From IMG/VR virus record IMGVR_UViG_3300048813_000256: a stretch of 64,000 nucleotides of DNA. One strand, given 5' to 3'. This DNA comes from an uncultured virus (IMG/VR IMGVR_UViG_3300048813_000256) (Duplodnaviria; Heunggongvirae; Uroviricota; Caudoviricetes). Positions within the stretch are counted from its first letter, which is position 1. Each line of letters starts with the position of its first letter. Position numbers and translations under genes: made by a program. Shown piece by piece: positions 1-10,267 of the stretch. The notes under the pieces were generated by a model. The model saw only the letters and a program-made list of their open reading frames with translations. It ran no database searches and was not told the origin of the DNA.

Positions 1-168
1 GCCACGCTGGATATTTTTCCCAACCTGCGCGAAGCGCCGATCCCGGGCACGCCGCTGGTGCTGATCAATCCCACGGGAACCTTCCGTCTCGCGGAAAACC
101 GCCGCGAGGCGGCCGCCATGAAAACCAAGACTTTCAACTTTGCCATGAAGTGCCGCGAGGCGATTTGA
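1..168 (+). CDS. 3' end of a phage tail (distal-tail-like) gene, partial
   Basis: Open frame ATLDIFPNLRE...NPTGTFRL...FAMKCREAI*, directly upstream of tail-tip genes. Confidence 0.5.
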   Translation, partial: ATLDIFPNLREAPIPGTPLVLINPTGTFRLAENRREAAAMKTKTFNFAMKCREAI

Positions 169-178
169 AAACCGCTTC

Positions 179-205
179 TAGCTCTTAGCTATTAGCTCTT
201 AGCTC
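179..205. repeat. Heptamer tandem repeat (TAGCTCT/TAGCTAT) x4
   Basis: tagctct tagctat tagctct tagctc; another heptamer run (tcagttc) at ~13081-13111. Confidence 0.8.
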
Positions 206-258
206 AATCCCAAAACAGAGCGGGCGTCCAGCCCGCGCAGCGCGCCGCAGGAGCCGAT

Positions 259-501
259 ATGCCCTTGCCCACGGCAGTGACCCAGAGCGGTGTTGACGAA
301 AAGTTAGATCGCTGTGCTCAGGCTGCGTATGCCAGCTTTCTCGAAGACATGCGCGAGCTGGCCTCGCCGCTGATTGACCTGCAGCCGGAGTGGGCGCCCG
401 CGCCCGGCAGCGGAAAAAAGACCATGCCCGAAACCATGAAGCGGGTGTGGCGCAATTTGACGGCTGCGGCATTGCGCGAGTCCGGCAAAGGCGATGTCTG
501 A
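259..501 (+). CDS. Hypothetical protein (80 aa)
   Basis: AGGAG RBS; stop overlaps next ATG (TGATG). Confidence 0.6.
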   Translation: MPLPTAVTQSGVDEKLDRCAQAAYASFLEDMRELASPLIDLQPEWAPAPGSGKKTMPETMKRVWRNLTAAALRESGKGDV

Positions 502-1487
502 TGCCCAGAAACATGAGCCCGGCGGTTCTGGCGCAGACTCTTGCCGGCCAATTACAACCCGCGCTCCTGGTCCGCATCGCCTTCCTCACCGAAACGGTTT
601 ACCTGTGGAGTGGGCTGGGTTCGATCACGGCGCCGGGGCCGCCTTATGATCCTGCATCTACGTTTCCTTACGGGAGCGCCTTCACCGGCATCGGCTGGCT
701 GGGAACCATTCGCACTATCCCCGAAGTCACCGACGTGGTGGCATCCAATATCACGCTTGAAATGTCGGGGATCCCCGTCGATCTGGTGACCGACGCGATC
801 AACGCCGTCCGGCAAACCGCGATCGCCACGGTGTGGCTCGGCTTCCTGAGCATGGCGCCGGGGAATCCGCAAATCATCGGAGATCCCGTCCAGGTCTTTC
901 AGGGCGCGCTCGACGTTCCCACCATCACCGAGGGCGCGGCCACCTGCGCCATCGCCATTACCTGCGAAAATCCGCTGATCGATTTGAACCGCGCTCCGGA
1001 ACGGAGATTTACCGACGTCGACCAGCAGGTCGATTATCCCGGCGACACCGGCTTCTTTCAGGTGCAACTGCTGCAGGACTATCTGGTCTTGTGGCCGTCG
1101 CCCTACCAGAGCAATCCCAACCAGACGCAGCGACAGCCGAACTTTCTGACCATTCAGCCGGGGCAGTCCGGCCCCATCGCCATCGCGGTTGGCGAGACGG
1201 TGCAGCTCGTCGCCACCGTGACTTACAGCGATGGCACCACGCAGATAGTAATGGGGCCCGGCGGTCCTTCGGGCTGGGGATGCCAGGTATATTCAAGCGA
1301 TCAGAGCATCGCTCAGCTCGCGAATGGCGGGACGGGATCGGGCGGCGGCATTGTGACGGGATTGAAACAGGGCATGTGCGTGGTGACAGCGCGCTTCGTG
1401 TACGGAGCGTTTTTTGGCAGCGGAGTGACCAAGCCAACTACGCCAGTGACCGCTTCCGTCACCATCATCGTGACGGAAGCGGCCTAG
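501..1487 (+). CDS. Tail-tip assembly protein with C-terminal Ig-like (Big_2-type) domain
   Basis: YLWSGLG, FTGIGWLG, ITCENPL, RFTDVDQQVDYPGDTGF motifs typical of siphophage tail-tip genes; C-terminal VGETVQLVATVTYSDG..SSDQSIA. Confidence 0.75.
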   Translation: MPRNMSPAVLAQTLAGQLQPALLVRIAFLTETVYLWSGLGSITAPGPPYDPASTFPYGSAFTGIGWLGTIRTIPEVTDVVASNITLEMSGIPVDLVTDAINAVRQTAIATVWLGFLSMAPGNPQIIGDPVQVFQGALDVPTITEGAATCAIAITCENPLIDLNRAPERRFTDVDQQVDYPGDTGFFQVQLLQDYLVLWPSPYQSNPNQTQRQPNFLTIQPGQSGPIAIAVGETVQLVATVTYSDGTTQIVMGPGGPSGWGCQVYSSDQSIAQLANGGTGSGGGIVTGLKQGMCVVTARFVYGAFFGSGVTKPTTPVTASVTIIVTEAA

Positions 1488-1509
1488 CGGCCCCGATCTT
1501 TATTCCGAT

Positions 1510-2070
1510 CTACCAGCCCATGACCTGCACACTGACGTGCGCGCTGAGGTTGTCCGGGTTCAAAACCGGCATTGCAAAGACGAGGCTGGTGTTGGCTTTT
1601 ACGCGCACGGGGAAGATGACTACGTTTGGCCCCGCGTTGGGGACATCTCCATTCGCTGTGAGTTCGTGGAGCAACGGGCCATACTCATAACCCGCGCCGC
1701 AGTCGCCTCCGCCGGTTCCGGCTTTGCCCCAGGTGCAGTAGCCGCCTCCGACGTTGGGTGTGCTGTCCCCAAGTTGTTCATTGCCCACATCGTCGGTCCA
1801 GGTGAAGTAGGGCGCGAAGCTATCCGCGTTTGTGCCCGTTGGCGTCCCAGTCGCGCTTCCGTAGAAAAACACGGTGTACGTGGTATCGACGGTCGGCGTG
1901 ATCAGTGTGGTTGAGCTGATTGCGGAACTCGTTGTCCATTCTTCATTCCAGACCTCGTGCAAGGTACCGAGCGAAGCCTGAGCCGTATTGTGTGGGTTAA
2001 AGCGGGCCGCGAACGCTGCCAGCAGGATCGCGGCGACGAAAAGCGTGATGCGAGTTACTTGCTTCTTCAA
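1510..2070 (-). CDS. Secreted protein inserted antisense in the tail operon (moron-like)
   Basis: Signal peptide MKKQVTRITLFVAAILLAAFAA; GGAGG RBS; opposite strand to neighbours. Confidence 0.65.
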   Translation of the reverse strand: MKKQVTRITLFVAAILLAAFAARFNPHNTAQASLGTLHEVWNEEWTTSSAISSTTLITPTVDTTYTVFFYGSATGTPTGTNADSFAPYFTWTDDVGNEQLGDSTPNVGGGYCTWGKAGTGGGDCGAGYEYGPLLHELTANGDVPNAGPNVVIFPVRVKANTSLVFAMPVLNPDNLSAHVSVQVMGW

Positions 2071-2163
2071 TCGAAGGCCCTCCTTTGGGCTGCGTAGAAC
2101 CTAGCATGAGAAAGCCAGCGGCCAGGTTTCGCCGCGATCAATTTTCTTTGGGGAATTCCTGAA

Positions 2164-2610
2164 ATGAAACGCCTCCCAAATTGGCACGAGCTGCTGGCGG
2201 CGCACTTCGAGAAATCGCGGAAGGCGCGCTTCGAGTGGGGCAAATTCGATTGCGCCATGAGTGTCTGCGACGGCATTCAGGCGGTTGCCGGAGTGGATCC
2301 GGGCGCTCCCTTTCGCGGCCAGTATTCCAGCGAAGCCGAGGCCATGACCCTGATCGGTTCCGACCTTGGCAAGTTCGCCGCCGGCATCGCGCAGCAGCAC
2401 GGCTTTCCCGAGTGGGCCAGCAAGCAAGCGGAATCTCAGCCCCTGCCCAAGTTCGGCCGCCGCGGCGACGTGGCCCTGATTCAGGCTCGAGATCCCGGCC
2501 TCGCGCTGGGCACCATCGATCACAGCGGCCGCTTCGCCTGGTGCGCCAGCGAACGCGGCTTTATCCGCGTCCCCATGAGGTTCTGGCTGCGCGCGTGGAA
2601 GATCGCTTAG
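2164..2610 (+). CDS. NlpC/P60-like tail assembly protein (DUF6950-like)
   Basis: RLPNW..L..H, FEWGKFDC, FRGQYSS, RRGDVAL motifs. Confidence 0.8.
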   Translation: MKRLPNWHELLAAHFEKSRKARFEWGKFDCAMSVCDGIQAVAGVDPGAPFRGQYSSEAEAMTLIGSDLGKFAAGIAQQHGFPEWASKQAESQPLPKFGRRGDVALIQARDPGLALGTIDHSGRFAWCASERGFIRVPMRFWLRAWKIA

Positions 2611-2857
2611 GCCTCGCGACACTCCCTGCAGTGCGGACAGATGCATCTCCGGTCGTGAATGTTTGAAATGCACCGGCTGCACCAGAGTTCTGCCCAAGCG
2701 GTTTCAAAGCTTCACCCCGGCGCGATAACCCACCAACCCGATGCGGCTGGGTTCGCCGATGGTGTGATCCTTGCGGTCGCGGACGGAGAGCACGCCGCCG
2801 CCGCATTTCGCGCAACTTCCGATTTTGCGCCTCTGCGTCATCCCGAGATTTTAATCT

Positions 2858-5707
2858 ATGTCCAAAACCGCCGAAGAAATCGGAATGATCGCGGTCGGGG
2901 TGGCCCTGATGGTCGCCACCTACGGCGCCGCCTCGGGCGCGACGGTTGCCATCTGGGGAATGACTTTCTCCGAGAGCACGCTGTTTGCCGTGGGCCTGAG
3001 CGCCGGACTCACCGGCACTTTCGGGCTGTTGCAGTCGATCCTCAATCCCAATGACACCTCGGTTCCGGGGAGCCAGTCGAACGCGCAAGAGTCTGCCGCC
3101 TACCGCCGCGTGGTCTATGGGAACGTGGAAGTGGGCGGGGTCAAGACCTACGACAGCGCGCCCGCCGGGGATCAGCTCTACCAGAATGAGGGCCCGCAGG
3201 CCAACTGGCGGCATCTGGTTTTCACGCTTACCGGCCATCAGATCACGTCGTTCGGGCGCGGCGGGATCATGTGCGTCATCATCGACAACATTTACACCGA
3301 GTTGACGAACATCGGGAATGGCATCTGGGTGCCTTCGGACCCGCTCAATCCCTGGGGCGGCAACACCAACGACGGCGAGGAAAACGAGTTCCCCGGCTCC
3401 TACCACATCGCCTTTGAATTCGACGTGGGCAATCCCGCCTCGGTGCTGATCGAGAACGGAATTGTCGAGGGCATGCCCTTCCCCATGCTGAGCGGGGCCT
3501 GTCCGGATTGGGGGCTGAGTTGCTGCCAGGTGGGACGCGCCAAGGTCCACGTCGCCCTGCGCTACGACTATCTCGCGGATGGTTCGCAGATCGGAACGGG
3601 ACACAATCTCGCAACTTTCCAGCCGATCTTTGTCAATGGTTACGTTCCCACCATCCGCTTCCCGATCACGGGCAAGCCGATCCTCGACACGCGCATGTTG
3701 GGCGGCGGCGGTAGTCCCACCACCTGGCACCCTGACAGCTTCTACTCGTTTGCGAATTACATCATCGACGCCGCCAACCGGGTGGAATGGCAAACCAATG
3801 GGCCGGGTGGCAGCTTCCAGAGCGGGCCGGGGCCCAATCCGCCAGCCTTCGCGGGGCCGGGTTTTCCCACGGCCGACAATGAGGCGGAATGGCTGGACGC
3901 AGGGCCGCTTCAGTCCGGTGGGTGGCCGGGGCCGGAACGCACGATCCTATATCCCTACACCTTTACCGATCCCAACGGCAACCTGCAAACCCTGATGGAG
4001 CCGGCGTGCGGCGGATCGCCGCTCGAATTTGATACGGGGCCGAGCGAGCCGACCTGGGCCACGCAGCCCGGCCAGTACACGCCGGATGGCTCGACGATGA
4101 CGATTGTGAACGGCCTGGTTTCAACCAGCGTACAGAACGCCGGCAGCGGAGGCATCGACGGAACCTACACCATCTTCGTGCTGCAGCCGGGCAACCCCGG
4201 CGGTTACACCGCAGTGCTCTCCGTCGTGGTGTCGGGCGGCCGGATTGCCTCCTGCGCCATCGTGAATCCCGGCTACGGATATCTCGGCATTGGGCAATCT
4301 TTCCAGGTGATCAACGGCGCATCGCAGATCAGTCCGCCCACGGGCTTTCCGAATGGCGCAAGCATTCTGGCCACTGTGAACGTGATCAACCTGGGCCAGC
4401 AAGGTCCGACGCTGGGCGTGACGGCGATTTCGGTCCCCACTCCAGGCTCCGGCTTTAGCGCGCAACCTTTGTCGTTCCCGGTCTACGATTCGAGCGAACC
4501 GAACAATCAAGCGTACGCGGCTACAGCCACCGCCTATATGCGCTTGGGCGGCGGGGTGGCGGCTCCTTACAACTTCCAGATCGATCACGTCGTGGTCAAC
4601 AGCCCCGGCGCCACCTACACCGGAACCAGCTTCGATATCGTGATTCCCAACCAGATCGTGGGCGGGACGCCGGCCACGCTGCAATGCACCGTCGGCGACG
4701 TGAGCGGCGGCAGCGGCCAGAATCCGCAAGTGTGGCTGTGCCTGGGAGTTCCCACCGCGGGCATTGCGGCCACCAATCCCTCGAATCCGGCGCTGATCAT
4801 TTACGACTACCTCACCAACACCGACTATGGAGAGGGAGCCGATCCTTCGACCATCGACATGGACTCGATCAACGCGATGGCGAACCTGTGCGAAGAAACC
4901 GTCGTCGTCACGGTCGCCTCGAACGGGGGCACTGTCAGCGAGAATCGCTACAACTGCGATGGGGTATTCGATTACGGGACCGCGCGCGGAGACGTGCTCA
5001 AGGCGCTGGTGGCTTCCTGCGCCGGTGTGCTCGTGCCTCCGGGAGATCTGTGGCACCTGTTTGGCGGGGTCTACTCGCCGCCCGTGGTGGCCTTGACTGA
5101 TGCGGACCTGCGCGACTCCATCAAGTTCGATTTCAGGATCTCGCGGCGCGACATCTGCAACGGAGTGAAGGGCACCATCATGCCCTCGTTCGTTCCCACC
5201 AATACCACCGAAGCGCAGCCGGCGCCCTGGCGCTGGACCGACTTCCCGCCTTATCAGGGCAACGGGCTGCAGGGCCATCCCGATTACCTCACCGAGGACG
5301 GCGGACAAATCATTTGGAAGGAAGTGCGCTTCGGCTTCTGCACCTCCATCTGGCAAGCGCAGCGTCTCGCCAAGATCGTGCTAATGCTTTTGCGCTTTCA
5401 GGTCTCCGGGCATTTGGCCTGCAAATTGACTGCATTTCAAGTGCAGGCCGGGGACACCATCACCTTCACGCATGCACGCTGGGCAGCGCTGTTGCAGCCT
5501 CCGCCCATCACGTTCTTCGTGACCCAGGCCACGCAGGTGATCGAAGTGAAGAACGGCGCGCCCTGCATCGGCATCGACCTGGTGCTGCGCGAAACCGATC
5601 CCTCGATTTACGAATTCGCGGCGCCCACGCTCTACCAGCCGCCCAGCACGCCGTGGGTGGAAGGCGATGGCGAGTATTCGCAATACGGATCGCTGGGAGT
5701 GCTCTAA
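2858..5707 (+). CDS. Tail hub / host-specificity (J-like) protein
   Basis: RRVVYG, ITGKPILDTR, SNPALIIYDYLTN..YG, RYNCDG, NGVKG, QAQRLAKI; large central beta-rich insertion. Confidence 0.85.
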   Translation: MSKTAEEIGMIAVGVALMVATYGAASGATVAIWGMTFSESTLFAVGLSAGLTGTFGLLQSILNPNDTSVPGSQSNAQESAAYRRVVYGNVEVGGVKTYDSAPAGDQLYQNEGPQANWRHLVFTLTGHQITSFGRGGIMCVIIDNIYTELTNIGNGIWVPSDPLNPWGGNTNDGEENEFPGSYHIAFEFDVGNPASVLIENGIVEGMPFPMLSGACPDWGLSCCQVGRAKVHVALRYDYLADGSQIGTGHNLATFQPIFVNGYVPTIRFPITGKPILDTRMLGGGGSPTTWHPDSFYSFANYIIDAANRVEWQTNGPGGSFQSGPGPNPPAFAGPGFPTADNEAEWLDAGPLQSGGWPGPERTILYPYTFTDPNGNLQTLMEPACGGSPLEFDTGPSEPTWATQPGQYTPDGSTMTIVNGLVSTSVQNAGSGGIDGTYTIFVLQPGNPGGYTAVLSVVVSGGRIASCAIVNPGYGYLGIGQSFQVINGASQISPPTGFPNGASILATVNVINLGQQGPTLGVTAISVPTPGSGFSAQPLSFPVYDSSEPNNQAYAATATAYMRLGGGVAAPYNFQIDHVVVNSPGATYTGTSFDIVIPNQIVGGTPATLQCTVGDVSGGSGQNPQVWLCLGVPTAGIAATNPSNPALIIYDYLTNTDYGEGADPSTIDMDSINAMANLCEETVVVTVASNGGTVSENRYNCDGVFDYGTARGDVLKALVASCAGVLVPPGDLWHLFGGVYSPPVVALTDADLRDSIKFDFRISRRDICNGVKGTIMPSFVPTNTTEAQPAPWRWTDFPPYQGNGLQGHPDYLTEDGGQIIWKEVRFGFCTSIWQAQRLAKIVLMLLRFQVSGHLACKLTAFQVQAGDTITFTHARWAALLQPPPITFFVTQATQVIEVKNGAPCIGIDLVLRETDPSIYEFAAPTLYQPPSTPWVEGDGEYSQYGSLGVL

Positions 5708-5858
5708 ATTCGCCTCCGACTATTTGAGCCTTGTCCGCGTGGTCTTGGACACCAGACAGCTTTACCCGTCCTGTCTCAGATTGCCGCTCTGAGCCGCGGG
5801 GCGCAAGGGTTGTCGTCTTAGCGGCGAACTCTGCCCTCAACGGAAGGGATCATCTCAC

Positions 5859-6113
5859 ATGACCCTGCTCACCTTCCCGCCGAATCCCGGTGAGGAACTT
5901 GCGACCCGCGCGGATCACGAATTGCCCGTGACCGCGGCGCTGGCCGTGACCATCAAGCCGCGCCAGGGCAGCCCGGTCCGCGGCTTCTGCTACATCCACG
6001 CCGAGCGTGCCTTGTGCTTCCACGTTTCCGAATCGTCCGGGCGCTTCCTGCTGGTCGACCGGAAGGACGGCGGCTTCGATCTGATCGAGCTTTCGAAAGA
6101 GGACTCCCCATGA
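5859..6113 (+). CDS. Hypothetical protein
   Basis: ORF coupled to the lysin start (ATGA overlap). Confidence 0.55.
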   Translation: MTLLTFPPNPGEELATRADHELPVTAALAVTIKPRQGSPVRGFCYIHAERALCFHVSESSGRFLLVDRKDGGFDLIELSKEDSP

Positions 6114-6712
6114 ACCCACAGCAAAAAGAATTTCTGCAGACGGCCGCGGCCCAGGCGAAAAAGGCGGGGCACGTTTTCCCGGAGATGGCGGCGTGCGAAG
6201 CGGCCCTCGAGTCCGGCCATCCGGATCCAGTCACCAAGGTTTCCATCTACGGCGGAAGCCAGCTCGCGCGCGAGGGCAACAATCTTTTCGGCATGAAAGA
6301 GCACCGACACAACGCCTATGGCGTGATGCGGCTGCCGGCGCACGAGTTCGAAAACAGCGAGTGGATCGTCACCGAAACCGATTGGGAAAAATATCCCGAT
6401 TGGGCAAGCTGCTTTGCCGATCGCATGGCCACGCTGAGCCGGCTGTCATCGTTTCTGCCTCACTACGCCGCGGCGCTGGCTGCGAAGACTCCGGAAGAGT
6501 TCGTCAATCAGGTTTCCCAGAGTTGGTCGACGGATCCGGGCTGGCACTGCCGCTGCGGGATGGAGTTTATCCGCGAAGTCGACGCCAAAGCGCATGAGGT
6601 TGGACACGCCGCCACTTACGGAGTGTGTGAAGTGATCCCCGGCCTCGGCCGCGCGTTGAAGGTTCTTTCGATCTACAAGGCGTGTGCTGAGGATTGGAAC
6701 GCGACCGCCTGA
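6110..6712 (+). CDS. Endolysin, glucosaminidase (FlgJ/GH73-like)
   Basis: AALESG, NNLFGMK, Y..W..CFAD, WSTDP motifs; follows tail genes. Confidence 0.8.
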   Translation: MNPQQKEFLQTAAAQAKKAGHVFPEMAACEAALESGHPDPVTKVSIYGGSQLAREGNNLFGMKEHRHNAYGVMRLPAHEFENSEWIVTETDWEKYPDWASCFADRMATLSRLSSFLPHYAAALAAKTPEEFVNQVSQSWSTDPGWHCRCGMEFIREVDAKAHEVGHAATYGVCEVIPGLGRALKVLSIYKACAEDWNATA

Positions 6713-6769
6713 CCGCTACATAAGTTCCCCCGCAACATAAGTTCGCGATCTCTCTCAGGAGAAAAAAAC

Positions 6770-7198
6770 ATGCTGCTCTGGGTGATGTACTTCACCGGAA
6801 TCGTCCTGCACCTGTTCCTGCAGATACAGAACTCCGTGCGCTCCAATTCCAACGGACTCACAACCGGCTGGGCGGGGATGAAGAAGTGGCTGCAACTGCA
6901 GGCTGTGAGCGTTCTGGTGCGCCTGTTTTTTTCCGCCATCGTCTTTCCCGCCGCGTTGCAAGGGCCGCTGCACGCCCTGAGCGGAACCCTGGCCACGGCG
7001 GGCGTTGCGCTTCCTCCGTGGGGGCTGGCGGGTCTGGCCGGCTACAACGTCGATGCGCTGCTCAATCAGGTCTTCGGCCTGATTCCATGGATGCGCGCCG
7101 AGATTCCGCAGCTCGTGCCTCCCAACGTTCCGAGCTTGCCGAGCAACGATCCCAGTGTTCCCCCTAAACCACAACCCACCCTGCCGCCATCGGCGTAG
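6770..7198 (+). CDS. Holin-like membrane protein
   Basis: About three hydrophobic segments; directly after the endolysin. Confidence 0.55.
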   Translation: MLLWVMYFTGIVLHLFLQIQNSVRSNSNGLTTGWAGMKKWLQLQAVSVLVRLFFSAIVFPAALQGPLHALSGTLATAGVALPPWGLAGLAGYNVDALLNQVFGLIPWMRAEIPQLVPPNVPSLPSNDPSVPPKPQPTLPPSA

Positions 7199-7223
7199 AT
7201 GGCAGAAAAGAGATCACCGCATC

Positions 7224-7658
7224 ATGTCCTTCAAAACGTTTGTCGATAAAGTCGAAGCTGAGGCCAAGAAGCTGTTTGGTTCCACGACGTGGGAGAACAC
7301 GCTTTCCTCCGGCATCAGCTACACCGCTCCTTTCCTTGAGGTCCTCGTTGGCCTGGCCGCCGGCCAACCCGCCGAGCAGCTTGTGGCCGCCGCCGTCAAT
7401 ACGGCGCAGGCCGATCTCGCAACCATCAAAGCCCTGGTTTCAGGCGCCATGGTGCCAGCCGGATCTCCGGCCCTGGCCGTGGTCAAAGCCGCGCTGAACA
7501 GCCTCCAGAGCAATCTGGGCGGACTGCTCACGGCTGCCGAAGTCAAGAACTCCAAGACGTCGACGCAGATCACGAGCGTGGTCAATACCATCGTCGGCGA
7601 AGCCAACGCGCTGCTCACCAGAGCGCCCTCGGCAACGCCAGCGCCCGCGGCTGCTTAA
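7224..7658 (+). CDS. Ala-rich lysis-module protein
   Basis: ORF within the lysis cassette. Confidence 0.5.
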   Translation: MSFKTFVDKVEAEAKKLFGSTTWENTLSSGISYTAPFLEVLVGLAAGQPAEQLVAAAVNTAQADLATIKALVSGAMVPAGSPALAVVKAALNSLQSNLGGLLTAAEVKNSKTSTQITSVVNTIVGEANALLTRAPSATPAPAAA

Positions 7659-7713
7659 AGAAAATCGCGATCGGCTTTACGCAATCGCGGTTGGGGATGG
7701 CGGACTTTAGACA

Positions 7714-8394
7714 ATGAAAATTGCCCTCTTCATCGCGCTGTTCGCACTGCTCCTCGCGCTTACTGGAGGGGTCCTGGTGATCGTCCATGACGTTCACCGG
7801 GATCTCTCCGACTTTCACAGCGTTCTCGACCAAGTGGGCGGAGCCACGCGCGCCGTCGAGGGCACGGCAAAGAGCCTGGCGGGCTCGGCGCAGGACGTGC
7901 AGAAGATCGTGGGCGAAGAGCGGGCCGCGCAAAAGCGGCAGACCGACGAGTTTACCAAGACAATAGCTGACTTCCATGACCTCCTCATTCACACCGATAT
8001 TTCGCTGAACGGATCTAAGAGGCAGAGCGGGCTGCTGGCCCACGTCGACGGCATCCTGACTCACTTAGACGTCACCACCTTGCCCGCGCTCGATATGCAG
8101 ATTGTGGGGAACGGCGATCAGCTCCAGGACACGATTGCGCGCCTGGGCGATTCGGCCGATGGCATCACCGGCGCTGCCAAGACGCTGGACACGCAACTCA
8201 GCGACCCGCAGATCCCGCAACTCATCGGCCACTTCAACACCATCTCTGGGAACCTGGCCGACACGACCGGGGACGTCCAACACGAAATTCACAAGTTCGT
8301 CTATCCGCCCCCGCGCAAGTGGTGGCAGAAGTACATCACCGATCCCGCGAATGAACTCAGGGAAATGTTCAAGTTCACCCACCCCATCGGATAG
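7714..8394 (+). CDS. Membrane-anchored coiled-coil protein (spanin-like)
   Basis: N-terminal TM helix, long heptad region, lysis cassette position. Confidence 0.5.
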   Translation: MKIALFIALFALLLALTGGVLVIVHDVHRDLSDFHSVLDQVGGATRAVEGTAKSLAGSAQDVQKIVGEERAAQKRQTDEFTKTIADFHDLLIHTDISLNGSKRQSGLLAHVDGILTHLDVTTLPALDMQIVGNGDQLQDTIARLGDSADGITGAAKTLDTQLSDPQIPQLIGHFNTISGNLADTTGDVQHEIHKFVYPPPRKWWQKYITDPANELREMFKFTHPIG

Positions 8395-8676
8395 GGCTGG
8401 GATTTGCTAATATTTTACTGAGAGGGGGGAGGGCTCGCTCAGCGCCCGTGAACGGAACAGGTAAAACCGGTCAGGAGCTGATCTCCGCCCCCCCAGTCGC
8501 ATCCTACTCTCAATCTCCGCCTAAGCGCCGTGAGGCCGCTTCGACCCGGCGCACCGGCGCACCTCCCTCCTCGGCGCACTCGTAAGTTCGCTCCAGAACC
8601 GTTCCAGTAACTCCCCGGTCCTGATGGGCCGGGCATAGCATCTCTGCAAGTCTTTGCGTCCAAGGGACTTCCGGCG

Positions 8677-8690
8677 ATGTTATATAACAT
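8677..8690. promoter_or_regulatory. Perfect palindrome ATGTTATATAACAT, candidate operator over a -10 box
   Basis: 14-bp palindrome ~28 nt upstream of ORF 8718. Confidence 0.45.
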
Positions 8691-8717
8691 GTACAAGATC
8701 GATTAAGGATTCCAGCC

Positions 8718-9239
8718 ATGGCCACAGCCGCCAAGTCCGCGCCCAAAGCCGCCCCTCCGCTTCCGGCCGAAGTGGAGCAACTCGCGAAGGAATACCGCAA
8801 GCTCGAAAAGAAGATCGCCGCCATTGCGAAAAAGGCCGGCGATCAGGCCGCTCCTCACAAGGCGCGCCTCGATGAAATCTGGGACACGCTGCTCGGCCAA
8901 GTGCGGGAGTTCGGCTCGGTGCACTCGGAGAAATCGAAGCTGCTCTACGGGGTGAAGCTGGAAGTGATGGGCACGTTTGGCAGCAGCACAGCGATCGACG
9001 CTTCCGCAGTGGAAACCTTTCGGCTGGCGCTGGTGGAGGCCGATCAATCGCGCGTGATGGGCCACGTTTTCGAGAAGTCGATCCGCTGGACGCTTTCGCC
9101 GGAGGCTGCCAGCTTCCTCCGCAAAGAGCATGACGAAGGCAACTTTCCGGATGCGCTGTTCGTGCTCTATGCGCGCTGCAGCGTGCCCAAGGAACTGACG
9201 CCCAAGCTGGTAGTGCGGGAAAGAACGAAGGCGGCATGA
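8718..9239 (+). CDS. Coiled-coil phage protein (possibly Mu Gam-like)
   Basis: N-terminal coiled coil then a beta region; similarity by impression only. Confidence 0.4.
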   Translation: MATAAKSAPKAAPPLPAEVEQLAKEYRKLEKKIAAIAKKAGDQAAPHKARLDEIWDTLLGQVREFGSVHSEKSKLLYGVKLEVMGTFGSSTAIDASAVETFRLALVEADQSRVMGHVFEKSIRWTLSPEAASFLRKEHDEGNFPDALFVLYARCSVPKELTPKLVVRERTKAA

Positions 9240-9877
9240 GCGAGCCCCCGGTGCATCAACTGGCGCGCGAGCTGGTGGACCGGATCTTTGCCGTGTATAA
9301 CGCGGAGTATATCGAGCGCTGCCTGCGCGAGGAGCCGAAAAGCATGCTGGCCCTGGCGGGCCGTTTGCGGACCGCGCTCGATGCGGAGAAAAAAGAGTGA
9401 GCCTGGTCTTCAAGGAATTCGGCGCGGGCGGAGTTAGAATCGTCACCGAATGGCACGTCGGCGAACCGCTACCGGCACTCGAAGCGCGCGTGATCCATCT
9501 GTTCGCCGATGGCCACGAGCTGGACTTCCTGATCGACGCCATGAAAAGCGAGATCGACGCCATGAAGAAAACGGCCGCGCCGCCAGTGGGACCGGCGGCA
9601 GTGATCGATTTCCCGGAGCCGGGAAAATGAACGGGAACGCGAGAGCCAAGAGAGTTATCTTTTCGCTCGACGTGCTGGTGGACCTGTTCTGCGAAGGCCG
9701 CCACGTCGCGCCGTCGTATGTGGTGAGGAATGGCTTGCCGCGGGATGCGAAGCTGGTGGATGCGCGGTTCAACAAAACCATGGGCGGCGTGGAGATGGAC
9801 GTGGTGAGCGCATCCTTCCCGGAAGTTCCCGCCGGCGATATGCTGGAACTGCTCGACATGAAAGTGTCGCGCGTCTG

Positions 9878-10267
9878 ATGGAGAAAATTATGGATCGCCG
9901 AAAATTCTTTTCCTTCCTTGGTCTGGGCGGCGGCGCCGCCGTTAGCCTGAACGCGCTCAAGGCCATCGCGCCCCAGGCCGAAGCGATCGAGATTCGCCGC
10001 AACCGGCAATACGCGTTCCGCATGCCGCACCACGTTAGCCCGGAATCGCGCCAGGCGATCGCGCAGCGGCTCGCGGCGCTCGGCCTCCACAAACCCATCG
10101 TGCTCGATCCCGGCGTGGATATCTTCGAGCTGGAAGCTTCCGATGCGGCGGAGCACATCGAACTGAGTGTCCCGCCCATGGATGACCGAACTGTCGCTCG
10201 GGCGGTCGCGAGGATAAGCGAACTGCAGAAGCGCGGCGGCCACGGGACCTTTTCCACTTCCTCATGA
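9878..10267 (+). CDS. Small protein with twin-arginine-like N-terminus
   Basis: MDRRKFFSFLG; internal KPIVLDPGVD portal-like snippet. Confidence 0.55.
   Translation: MEKIMDRRKFFSFLGLGGGAAVSLNALKAIAPQAEAIEIRRNRQYAFRMPHHVSPESRQAIAQRLAALGLHKPIVLDPGVDIFELEASDAAEHIELSVPPMDDRTVARAVARISELQKRGGHGTFSTSS

Noticed and set aside
8420..8640. Structured ncRNA after the lysis cassette
   Set aside because: Some complementarity and ggcgcac repeats, but no convincing fold or family could be assigned by eye.
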